From Candidatus Iainarchaeum sp. (GTDB taxonomy: Archaea > Micrarchaeota > Micrarchaeia > Anstonellales > Bilamarchaeaceae): DNA of 64,000 nucleotides. Made by a program: the position numbers and the translations under genes. The notes under the pieces were generated by a model, which was not told the origin of the DNA, made no database searches, and saw only the letters and a program-made list of their open reading frames with translations. Position 1 is the stretch's first letter. Each line of letters starts with the position of its first letter. The DNA is taken from positions 16,267 to 80,266 of the forward strand of contig JAQUBA010000003.1 in assembly GCA_028686985.1 (NCBI GenBank). The letters run 5' to 3'. Positions 39,627 through 48,082 of the stretch are shown one piece after another.

Positions 39627-41204
39627 TCAGAACACCCATCTTTCGTTCTTCTTCACGCTCGCCAGCACCTCGTCGGGGTTCAGGTAATACCTGGAGACTA
39701 TGGAGCCCACTTCGTTGACGGACTCGTAGCCGTTCCTGACCATCCAGTTGAGCACGTCCGCCTTCTCCCAGATGTTCTCCTCTATCTCCCTTTCCGTGAG
39801 CCCCGAGTAAAGGTTGAGTATCTCCGCAATCCTGGACGCCCTCCCCACCTTGGGAGTCTTGTCGGTCTTCGCGTCCCACCTGTACACTACGTTGTACTCG
39901 CCGTTCTTGTGGACCTCCGCGAATTCCAGCGTCCTCCTCAGGTTGAACCTCCTGTGCCTGAACTGCACGACCACGCCCGCGAGCGCGTCCAGCATCTCCT
40001 CAGGTATGTTTATCGGCGGGTTCGTCAACCTTGAGATGGTCTGCTCGGTGTTGTCCGCGTGCAACGTCGCATATACGCTGTGGCCGGTGTGCATCGCCTC
40101 AAAGAGGATTTCCGCTTCTTTTTGCCGCCTCACCTCCCCCACTATTATGCGGTCGGGCCTCTGCCTCAGCGCATTGACCATCAGGTCCAGCATGGTTATC
40201 TCGCCCTTCCCCTCCGGGTTCGGCTCCCTCGTCACCATCGGCACCCAGTGCAGGAACGCGGGCAGCGTCAATTCCCTCGTGTCCTCTATGCTCACTATCC
40301 TATGGCTCGCGGGGATGAGCCCTGCGAGCGCGTTCAGGAAGGAAGTCTTTCCGCTTCCGGTCCCTCCCGCGACCAGGAGGGAGAGCTCGTTCTGCACGCA
40401 CAGCCACACCATCGCCGCCACTTCCGCGGTTATCGTCTGGCCGCGGATGAGGTTGGTTATCGTCCAGGGGTTCTTGGAGAACTTCCTTATGATCAAGGTG
40501 TTCCCGAAGTTGGAGACCGGGAAAAGCGTCGCGTTCACCCTGTCCCCCGTCGGGAGGTGCGCGTCCAGCAGCGGCGTGAGGGTGTTTATCTGCCTGCCCA
40601 CCTTCCTCGCCACAAGCGATGAAAAGTCGTAAATCTGCTCCTCGTCCTTGAGCCGTATGTTTGTCTTGCACCACCCGTGCTTCTTGTGGAATATCCAGAC
40701 CGGCTCGTTGGAGTTGTTGACAGCAATCTCTTCCAGGAAATCGTCGTGCAGCGGAGTCTCCAGCTCGCCCAGCCCAAGCGTGCTCTGCACCAGGTATGAG
40801 GCGAGTATCCTCTGCTTGTCCTCCGGGAGCATCGGGAAGTTCTTCTTCAGCACCTTCGCCGCCGCCTCCTCGAACTTGCGCTTGACCGCCGGCACTTTCT
40901 TCGGGTCCAGTATCTCGGTGATGTCCAGCTTCACTTCCGTTATCAGCTCGCCCCTGAGCTTCGTCTCAAGGAGCAGTTTCGTGCCCCCCGCTATTCCGGG
41001 TATGGAAACCATATAGAACGGGACGAAGTCGCCCCTCATCTCTATGCTGACCTCCACGGGGATATTCTCGCTCAGGAAACTGTACGAATCAATGACCTTC
41101 TCCCTGGGCCTGCCGCGCGGCTCGCCTTCGGGCATCCTCTCCATCGCCGGCTCATCCTTGAACCTGCTTACAATCCCCTTTATGTCCTCCTTTCCATCAG
41201 CCAT
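39627..41204 (-). CDS. Type II/IV secretion family ATPase (FlaI/TadA/EpdL-like)
   Basis: Walker A LLVAGGTGSGKTSFLNAL, Asp box SIEDTRELTLP, Walker B DRIIVGEVR, His box TGHSVYATLHA. Confidence 0.9.
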   Translation of the reverse strand: MADGKEDIKGIVSRFKDEPAMERMPEGEPRGRPREKVIDSYSFLSENIPVEVSIEMRGDFVPFYMVSIPGIAGGTKLLLETKLRGELITEVKLDITEILDPKKVPAVKRKFEEAAAKVLKKNFPMLPEDKQRILASYLVQSTLGLGELETPLHDDFLEEIAVNNSNEPVWIFHKKHGWCKTNIRLKDEEQIYDFSSLVARKVGRQINTLTPLLDAHLPTGDRVNATLFPVSNFGNTLIIRKFSKNPWTITNLIRGQTITAEVAAMVWLCVQNELSLLVAGGTGSGKTSFLNALAGLIPASHRIVSIEDTRELTLPAFLHWVPMVTREPNPEGKGEITMLDLMVNALRQRPDRIIVGEVRRQKEAEILFEAMHTGHSVYATLHADNTEQTISRLTNPPINIPEEMLDALAGVVVQFRHRRFNLRRTLEFAEVHKNGEYNVVYRWDAKTDKTPKVGRASRIAEILNLYSGLTEREIEENIWEKADVLNWMVRNGYESVNEVGSIVSRYYLNPDEVLASVKKNERWVF

Positions 41205-41221
41205 ATTCCCTCACCGGATAA

Positions 41222-42922
41222 TCATCCTACGTCCCACAGTCTCTTTATTAAGTCCTTTAATTCTTTCCGTTTGCGCTCGAACTCGCCCTGCTCCTCCTCC
41301 GTGAGCCGAATCCTCTCCGCCCTCTCCTCCTTCTCCTTCGGGCCGGGCTCGCCTTCCCTGAGTGAAATCAGCTCCGCCTCCCTCCCGAGTATGCGTATGT
41401 TCTTCTCTATGCGGGCGGATTTCTCGTTCAGCTCCGCAATGAGCGCCCTCACCTGCTCCAGCCCCTTTCTCTTCTCCTCAAGCCCCTCCAGCAGGCGCAC
41501 CGCGTCCTTCACGTTCTCGTTGCCCAGCGCGTCCGAGAGGCTTCCGAGCTTGCGCGCGGTCTCGTTCCTGAGGGCATCCAGCTGCCTTGACACCGCCACG
41601 CTCTCCTCGGTTATCCTCTCCAGCTGCGCGAGGTACTGGTCCACCGAGAGCTTGGTCTTCGCCTTTATCTTCTGGAAAGTGGAGTACGTGGTGGTTTCCT
41701 CCTCCATCGCCTCCATGATTTCCTTGGATTGCTTCGCCATCGCCTTGTTTACCTTGTCCACCTCGTCCCTGAGCTTCGTGAGCTCGCCCACGACCTCCCC
41801 GAACTCCAGCACGTTGCCGGTGACCGCGCCCAGGTTCTTCTCAAACCTCTTATACTCATCTGCGAGCTGTTCCTCCCTCCTTTCTATGCCGGAGACCTGG
41901 TGCATAAGCTCGTTCTTGTCCGGCAGCTTGTCCATCACATCGTGCGCGACCTTCAGGGCATCCTCGTACTGCGAAACCAGATCAAGGTCCGCCTTGAGGT
42001 GCTTCTCTATGTCGGGTATGTTCTTCCGTATCGCCTCCAGGCTCGCATAATTGCTTTCCAGCTGCGCCCTCACGGAGCCGGAGCTCTGCGACACGTTGGC
42101 CATCAGCTCCCTCACGGTCTGGAGCACCTCCGCGCTCTGCCTGAATTCCGAAATGAGCTCCTTCACGCCCCTTGACTCGTCCCTCACCTTCCGGTACTCG
42201 CCTTCCAGCCGCTTCATCTCGGATTCCAGCCCGGAGGTGTCGGCCTTCGCGCCCTTCGGCGCCCTCCTTACCGCGTCGTCCGCCTTTTTGAGCACTTCAG
42301 CCACGCGGGCGGTGAGCTCATCAACGTGTTTTTTGTACGCCTCAAGGTCGGATGCCTTCGTGCCCACCCCCTCCCTTTCCAGGATTGCCTTATGCTGATG
42401 GAGCTGCTTTTCTAACAAGCCGACCGATTCCCTTATCGCCTCCACCTTCGCGGCGAGCTCATCCACCTTGTCCACGGCCTGCTTGGAGACCGCGCCCCTC
42501 TTCTCGCCCATCCCCTTTACCTGCCTGGAGAGCTCCTCCATGCTCCTGAAGCTTTCCTCAAAATGCGAATACATCTTCTCTATGCTCTCGGCCTGGGCCT
42601 TCAGCTCGTCCTTCCCCTTGCGCTGCACCTCCTCCAGCCGCTTCAGGTCCCCCTCAACCGCGGCCTTCCTGCGGGTGAATTCCGCCTTCTCCGCCCGCAC
42701 CTCCTCCGCCCTGGGCGTCACCCAGACGAGGTTCACTTCGGTGAGCTTGTACTCTATCTTCAGCACTTTTTCGTCCTCAAGCACGTGTGCCCAGTCCTCT
42801 ATCTGGGAAGGCGGTATGCCGAGGAGCTTGGCTGCCATATTGAGTTCTATTTGTTTTTTTTCCTGCACGAGGCGTATGAGCGCATCTACGCCTGTGGTAA
42901 TGAGCAGTTCGTCGAACTCCAT
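41222..42922 (-). CDS. Long coiled-coil protein with an N-terminal winged-helix-like module, first gene of the pilus operon
   Basis: Start moved to MEFDELL (42922). N-terminal module LNMAAKLLGIPPSQIEDWAHVLEDEKVLKIEY, then about 480 aa of heptad-like E/K/L/A-rich sequence. Confidence 0.65.
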   Translation of the reverse strand: MEFDELLITTGVDALIRLVQEKKQIELNMAAKLLGIPPSQIEDWAHVLEDEKVLKIEYKLTEVNLVWVTPRAEEVRAEKAEFTRRKAAVEGDLKRLEEVQRKGKDELKAQAESIEKMYSHFEESFRSMEELSRQVKGMGEKRGAVSKQAVDKVDELAAKVEAIRESVGLLEKQLHQHKAILEREGVGTKASDLEAYKKHVDELTARVAEVLKKADDAVRRAPKGAKADTSGLESEMKRLEGEYRKVRDESRGVKELISEFRQSAEVLQTVRELMANVSQSSGSVRAQLESNYASLEAIRKNIPDIEKHLKADLDLVSQYEDALKVAHDVMDKLPDKNELMHQVSGIERREEQLADEYKRFEKNLGAVTGNVLEFGEVVGELTKLRDEVDKVNKAMAKQSKEIMEAMEEETTTYSTFQKIKAKTKLSVDQYLAQLERITEESVAVSRQLDALRNETARKLGSLSDALGNENVKDAVRLLEGLEEKRKGLEQVRALIAELNEKSARIEKNIRILGREAELISLREGEPGPKEKEERAERIRLTEEEQGEFERKRKELKDLIKRLWDVG

Positions 42923-42944
42923 ACCTCTGCTTTTAAAAAGCACC

Positions 42945-42953
42945 TTTATAAAA
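42945..42953. promoter_or_regulatory. Near-palindromic TATA element (CTTTATAAAAG core) in the 63-nt divergent spacer between 42922 (-) and 42986 (+)
   Basis: TTTATAAAA lies 23-31 nt from the minus-strand start and 33-41 nt from the plus-strand start. A second A/T palindrome, GCTTTTAAAAAGC, sits at 42929-42941. Confidence 0.45.
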
Positions 42954-42985
42954 GTTGCGCAAAAAACCACTATCGGAGATTTTTG

Positions 42986-44572
42986 ATGGCAGGCAGAGGC
43001 GAGGGCTCAGGTTCCGTGATAAAGAAACTGGAGGAAACCGGAGTCCAGATGCTCAAGAACAAGAACAAGCTACTTAAGAAGTTCGGGAAGCCCGGGCTGA
43101 AGGCGTACAGGAGCATCACCCGCAAGGGCGTTTCCTTTGAAGAATTGGCGGAGAAATCCGGCCTGCCCGCGGAACAGCTCAGCGAGATAATAGAATTCAT
43201 GGAGAAGGGCGGGATTGCCGAAGTTTCCGGTGCGCTTCCCCCCAGGGAAGAGAAGAAAGTGGAGAGCAAGCCCATCGCGGCCGCGCCGCCTGAAGAGGCG
43301 CCACCGGAGAAGCCGATGGCCAGGGTGCCGCCGCTTTCGGCCCCGAGGCCGCCACTCGCCCCCCCGCCCCGCGCCCCAGAGGCGCGCAGGCCCGCCGCAA
43401 GGGCCCCGGGCATGATAAGGCCCATAAGCGACGAGGAGATAGGAAAGGAGGAAAAAAAGGCGCTTGAAGAGGAAAGGGCTCCCCCGGAAGAGAAGGAAGC
43501 CCCACCTCCACCTGCGGCCCAGAAGCCGCCCAAGAGGCCGCGCGGGGGGATTTCACCAATCCAATTTGAGGAAAAAGCACCGACTCCACCCGCCCCGCCT
43601 CCGCGCGCACCGGAGCAGCCGCCGGAGGCGCCCGCGAGGCCGCCGCCCAGGGCGCCGCCCGCGCCCCCAAGGGAGGAAGAGGAGTTCCTAACGCCTTCCG
43701 AGAAGGCGATAAAGGACAGGTACGGCGAGACGGGGCTCATGGTATACAGTTTCATAGACGGGCAGCGCACCGCGGAGCAGATAATGCGCGAGGCCGGCGT
43801 CACCGAAGCCCAGCTCATAGAGATGCTGGACTTCATGGAGAAAAAGGGCATCATAAGGCTGGAGCACCCCGAACGGAAAAGGGCGCCATCGCCGCCCCCC
43901 CGCGCGCCGCCCCCCCGCATGGCACCGCCAGTGGCGGGCTCCAAGCCGCCGATGGGCGCCCCACCCCGCCTGGGCAAGTCTCCAACGGCTGCGCAGGCGC
44001 CAAAATCAATGTTCGCACCCATGGTGGAGGAGCAGCCGACGCTCTCCGGCCCGATTACGGATAAGGAGCTGGCATCCGTTTCACTTGACATACCTGTCAA
44101 GACGACGAAGGGGAACATACTCCTTGAAGTGCAGGCAAAGGCGCAGCTCATAATAAAATTCGGGAAGAGCTACTCCCGCGCATACGAGATGATTGACGGC
44201 ACCAAGGATGTGGTGGACCTCTCCATGGCGGTCAAGCTGCCCATATACAAGATTTATGACATGCTCATGTTCCTGCAGGGCATGAAGGCAGTGATGCTCA
44301 AACCCGCAGCCCGTGACGACATACGCAAGAAATACGGCGAGGACGGCTACTCGGTGTATAAGAAATACGGGAGGGAGGGGGTGCTCCTTTACCAGCTTAT
44401 TGGAAAAGAGATGAGCCTTAAGGAGATGGCCGCGCTCACCACAACGGACCCCAGCAAAGTGATAGATATGTTCATGTTCATCCACAAGCTTCTCGGGATA
44501 GAATTGCCCATAGACGAGGACGTCCTCCGCGAAAGGTTGGGGATAAAAAAGGAGGAGAAACCCGCCGCCTGA
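42986..44572 (+). CDS. Modular protein: four winged-helix-like modules separated by polyproline (PPPRAP) linkers
   Basis: Start moved to MAGRGEGSG (the track start at 42563 overlaps the divergent gene). Modules: LAEKSGLPAEQLSEIIEFMEKGGIAEV, IMREAGVTEAQLIEMLDFMEKKGIIRLE, plus two degenerate C-terminal copies. PPPRAP occurs four times. Confidence 0.65.
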   Translation: MAGRGEGSGSVIKKLEETGVQMLKNKNKLLKKFGKPGLKAYRSITRKGVSFEELAEKSGLPAEQLSEIIEFMEKGGIAEVSGALPPREEKKVESKPIAAAPPEEAPPEKPMARVPPLSAPRPPLAPPPRAPEARRPAARAPGMIRPISDEEIGKEEKKALEEERAPPEEKEAPPPPAAQKPPKRPRGGISPIQFEEKAPTPPAPPPRAPEQPPEAPARPPPRAPPAPPREEEEFLTPSEKAIKDRYGETGLMVYSFIDGQRTAEQIMREAGVTEAQLIEMLDFMEKKGIIRLEHPERKRAPSPPPRAPPPRMAPPVAGSKPPMGAPPRLGKSPTAAQAPKSMFAPMVEEQPTLSGPITDKELASVSLDIPVKTTKGNILLEVQAKAQLIIKFGKSYSRAYEMIDGTKDVVDLSMAVKLPIYKIYDMLMFLQGMKAVMLKPAARDDIRKKYGEDGYSVYKKYGREGVLLYQLIGKEMSLKEMAALTTTDPSKVIDMFMFIHKLLGIELPIDEDVLRERLGIKKEEKPAA

Positions 44573-44584
44573 TTCCCGTGCCGC

Positions 44585-45610
44585 TTATTTTTTTGCCAAT
44601 TTAGCTGGTATGGTGGGAGCCGCTTCCGCAGGCGTTACTTTCCCGATTATCCTTCCGGATGGCGTCCTGAACCCTGAATCCACAAAACCGTTATGAGCCA
44701 CCACAGGGGCAACCGGCGTGAGCCTGCGCCTCGCCTCCCCGCCTCCCATCAGTGCCTTCTCAGCTTCATCCTTTACCCTGGGGTCCATATCCGGATTGGC
44801 CACTAGCCCATCAAGCGCCTCCACCAACTCCCCCCCGTGCAAGCCGTAGCTCCTGCACATCCTTATCACGCGAACGTAAAGGCCGCTAGGAAGTTTCTTC
44901 TTCTGCAGCAAACATACAACCGCCTCCATAGGCTCCGTTGCCTTCTTTTTGAGCCCCTCCGCCCCCTCTTCGCCGGGCCCCGCGCATTCAATCTGCCTAA
45001 TTTCGGCGCGCACCGCCTTCTCAATCCGGTCTATTGAATTGGACAAGGCGTCCATCGCAATTATGTGGCTGTCAATCGGCATCCCGCCCCTTGCGAACAG
45101 GTCCGCAATATCCGTGAAGTGGATGGTCCCTGCGCATGCTTCGCAAATCTTGTCCGCGACCCTCCACGGCGTGGAGGCCTTGCCCAGCAGGGCTGCAGCA
45201 TCCCCCAGGAGGTTGCCCCCGTGCTTCGCGCGCACCTGCGCCGCGGCTATTACCGCTTCCTCTGCCGCAGTTATGATATCAGGCGGCATGCCCTCCATGC
45301 CCATGATTTCTGATGGTTCCCGCGCATATCCGTTGGTTCCGCATTTTCCGAGCCCTTCCAGCAGCGCATCCTTCACGAATCCCCTTTCCTCCCCTTCAGC
45401 CCTGCCGAACATTTCGGCAAGCAGCGCCAGCTTCCTTTCCCAGCCCAAATCAACGAGCATGGACCTGAACTCCACCTCAAGTTTTTCCGGCGTCCTGTTC
45501 CCTTCACAATGGAACATCTGGAACCTTATCGCCAGCTTGAACGCTAGCTCATCGCTCCCGAGTATTGGAGCATACTTTTGGATTATTGCACTATAAGCAT
45601 CAAAATCCAT
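44585..45610 (-). CDS. Hypothetical alpha-helical protein (341 aa)
   Basis: Long ORF with normal composition. No motif recognised. Confidence 0.55.
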   Translation of the reverse strand: MDFDAYSAIIQKYAPILGSDELAFKLAIRFQMFHCEGNRTPEKLEVEFRSMLVDLGWERKLALLAEMFGRAEGEERGFVKDALLEGLGKCGTNGYAREPSEIMGMEGMPPDIITAAEEAVIAAAQVRAKHGGNLLGDAAALLGKASTPWRVADKICEACAGTIHFTDIADLFARGGMPIDSHIIAMDALSNSIDRIEKAVRAEIRQIECAGPGEEGAEGLKKKATEPMEAVVCLLQKKKLPSGLYVRVIRMCRSYGLHGGELVEALDGLVANPDMDPRVKDEAEKALMGGGEARRRLTPVAPVVAHNGFVDSGFRTPSGRIIGKVTPAEAAPTIPAKLAKK

Positions 45611-45659
45611 AATAATATACCTACTGAAACACTTTAAATAGCTTTCGCCGTCGGCTTGC

Positions 45660-46052
45660 TCACGAAACCCTGCCCAAGCTAATCCGTTCCACCGCTTCCC
45701 AGCCCGCTTTCTTTTTGAGCCCCAATTTCCTTTCCTTCAATTCCAGCTCATTAACCAGTCCCTTCCTCCCCATCCCGAAGGAAACCGCAATAAGCTCCCC
45801 CCCCTTCCATCCGACTTCCCCAAACGCCCGCCTTATGTCCCTCTTCCCAGCCAGCCACAATGCAAATTCTATCTCCAAATTCTTTGAAATTGCGCTCCCG
45901 TCTTCAATGCCCTTTTTCGCAAGCGCATGCGCCAATTCTAGTTCTTCCAGCGAGCCGACCTTGCCCACATCGAGCAAAACAATCTTCCTGCACCTCGCCC
46001 TGCGCAGCAATTCCTCCGCAGCCAGGCCGCTTTCACCTCGGACGATGAGCAT
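45660..46052 (-). CDS. cgi121: KEOPS complex subunit Cgi121
   Basis: Collinear with my recollection of Methanocaldococcus Cgi121: MLIVRGESG.., ..SAISKNLEIEFALWLAGKRDIRRAFGEVGWKGGELIAVSF.. and a C-terminal ..AVERISLGRV. About 130 aa. Confidence 0.7.
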   Translation of the reverse strand: MLIVRGESGLAAEELLRRARCRKIVLLDVGKVGSLEELELAHALAKKGIEDGSAISKNLEIEFALWLAGKRDIRRAFGEVGWKGGELIAVSFGMGRKGLVNELELKERKLGLKKKAGWEAVERISLGRVS

Positions 46053-46105
46053 ACTCTTATAAAATATACGGAGGAATTAAATCTCTACCTGATTTAGGTG
46101 AATCT

Positions 46106-46492
46106 ATGGTTTATCAATATCACGAGCCATCAAGGAAGAAAGTCTCCGGAGGCACGGGCGGCAGGAAGCGCAAGGCCCGCGACAGGAAGCTCGCCCACAT
46201 CGGGGGCGGCTTCACGGCGACGAAGGTCTCCGGGAAGGAGGACCGCTACCCCAAGAGGGGCAGGGGCGGGAACATCAAGGTCAAGGCGAGGCACACAGGC
46301 TTCGTGAACGTGCTCATGGACGGGAAGACCAAGAGGGCGAAAATCCTTTCCGTGATTGAGAGCCACAACCCGCAGTACGCGAGGCAGAACATAATCACGA
46401 AGGGCGCGGTCCTGAACACCGACGCAGGGAAGGTGCGAGTCACCAACCGCGTGGGCCAGGACGGCGTCGTTAACGGAATCCTTGTGAAGTAG
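46106..46492 (+). CDS. rps8e: 30S ribosomal protein S8e
   Basis: MVYQYHEPSRKKVSGGTGGRKRKARDRKLAHIGG... and ...ITKGAVLNTDAGKVRVTNRVGQDGVVNGILV. An AGGTGA Shine-Dalgarno lies 6 nt upstream. Confidence 0.9.
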   Translation: MVYQYHEPSRKKVSGGTGGRKRKARDRKLAHIGGGFTATKVSGKEDRYPKRGRGGNIKVKARHTGFVNVLMDGKTKRAKILSVIESHNPQYARQNIITKGAVLNTDAGKVRVTNRVGQDGVVNGILVK

Positions 46493-46498
46493 TTTTTT

Positions 46499-48031
46499 CT
46501 ATTTTTTCTCCTCTATTTTCCTGAACAGCTGCTCCGGCGCCTCCAGCTTCGCACCCGGCTTCACCAACTCCTTCCCCGCGTCCTCCCAAAGGGCCACCTT
46601 AATCCCCAGCGCCCCCCTCATCCTCGCGGAAGTGAATGGGAGGAACGGCCCACACAATATTGCGAGTGCGCTCAGCCCCCTTGAACTCACATAAAGAGTC
46701 TGCGCCCTCTTCGCCTCATTCTTCCAGGGCTCGCGGTCGCTCAGGTATTTGTTGAAAGAGGAACTCAATTCCATGAGCAGTTCCAGCCCCCTCCTCAATT
46801 CATACTTCTCCATCTCCGCGGAAATCTTTTTCGCGTACTCATCTATCTTCGCCAGTTGTGTTTCGTCATCCGCATCCAATTTCGCGGAAGGTATAACATT
46901 CGCATAAAACTTCTCAATCAATTTCTGCGTTCTGTACGCAAAGTTCCCGAAGTTCGCCACCAGTTCATTATTGTTCTTCGCAACCAGTTCCTTCTCGGAA
47001 AAGTCCCCATCGCTAAAAGTGGGAACCCCCCCAAGCAAGCAATACCTTATCGGGTCCACGCCGTATTTCCCAATCATCGCCATCGGGTCAACGATGTTCC
47101 CGAGCGATTTGCTCATCTTCTGCCCCTCCACGCTTATGTATCCGTGCACGAAAACCCTCTTCGGCAAGGGAAGCCCGGCGGAAAGAAGCATCGCGGGCCA
47201 ATAGACCGCATGGAAGCGGAGTATGCCCTTCCCAATCACGTGCACGTCCGCGGGCCAGAACTTCTTGAACCTCTTCTCATCCGTGCCGAAGCCCACTCCG
47301 GTCAGGTATGTGCCCAAAGCGTCAAACCACACGTACATTATCTGGGAAGCATCAGAGGGAACGGGGACCCCCCATCCCTTCGCACGTTCAACGCTCCTTG
47401 ATACGCTGAAGTCTTTCAGCCCCCCGCGCACGAAAGAGAGCACCTCGTTCTTCCTCTCCTCCGGGAGTATGAGCAATTCATCCTTCTCAATCAGCTCCTC
47501 CAATTTCTTTTCATACCTTGATAATTTGAAAAAGTAATTCTCCTCCTCCACCTCAACCGGCTTTTTGTTGTGCTCGGGGCAAACCCCGCCCTTCAGTTCG
47601 CCCTCCTCATAGAAGGATTCGCATCCCACGCAGTAGAGCCCCCTGTATTTCTTCTTGTGAAGGTCGCCGGACTTCTCCACGCGCCTCCACAACTCAAGGA
47701 TGCCGGGCACGTGCGCCTTCCTGTCCGAGGTGCGCACAAAATCAGTATATGAAAGCCCGACCGCATCCGCCATCGCCCTGAACGCAGCCGCGTTCTCCTC
47801 GCACAGCTGTGCGGTCGTAATCCCCTGCGCCTCCGCCGCATGCACGTTCTTCAGGCTGTTCTCGTCCGAGCCGGTCACCAGCGCGACTTCATAGCCCTGC
47901 GCCTTCCGGTACCGCCCCATCGCGTCCGTTTGTATGAACTCCAGCGCGTGCCCCAAATGCGGCGCGGCATTGACATAAGGGATTGCCGTGGTCAGATAGA
48001 ACTTATCCTTTGATTTTGCGATTTGAATCAC
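46499..48031 (-). CDS. metG: Methionyl-tRNA synthetase (core enzyme without a C-terminal appended domain)
   Basis: HIGH motif PYVNAAPHLGHALE, zinc knuckle YCVGCESFY..GGVCPEH, KMSKS motif GQKMSKSLGN. Confidence 0.95.
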   Translation of the reverse strand: MIQIAKSKDKFYLTTAIPYVNAAPHLGHALEFIQTDAMGRYRKAQGYEVALVTGSDENSLKNVHAAEAQGITTAQLCEENAAAFRAMADAVGLSYTDFVRTSDRKAHVPGILELWRRVEKSGDLHKKKYRGLYCVGCESFYEEGELKGGVCPEHNKKPVEVEEENYFFKLSRYEKKLEELIEKDELLILPEERKNEVLSFVRGGLKDFSVSRSVERAKGWGVPVPSDASQIMYVWFDALGTYLTGVGFGTDEKRFKKFWPADVHVIGKGILRFHAVYWPAMLLSAGLPLPKRVFVHGYISVEGQKMSKSLGNIVDPMAMIGKYGVDPIRYCLLGGVPTFSDGDFSEKELVAKNNNELVANFGNFAYRTQKLIEKFYANVIPSAKLDADDETQLAKIDEYAKKISAEMEKYELRRGLELLMELSSSFNKYLSDREPWKNEAKRAQTLYVSSRGLSALAILCGPFLPFTSARMRGALGIKVALWEDAGKELVKPGAKLEAPEQLFRKIEEKK

Positions 48032-48082
48032 CGTTCAGAATGAGAATAAGGATGAAAAGGAATAAAAACGGTCTATCCACGC

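Noticed and set aside
42563-42985. N-terminal 141 aa of track ORF 42563..44572
   Set aside because: It overlaps the coiled-coil gene on the opposite strand and is Leu/His/Pro-rich antisense sequence.
The ATG at 42986 follows a TATA at proper spacing.
42970-44151. 393-aa minus-strand ORF (Gly/Ala/Ser-rich) and other long antisense ORFs (14698..16032, 22246..23094, 50142..50987, 5839..6618, 38893..39489, 41271..42050, 1353..1922)
   Set aside because: Each lies antisense to a gene with clear family motifs or better composition.
22246..23094 would span three independently supported genes.
All are shadow ORFs caused by high GC3.
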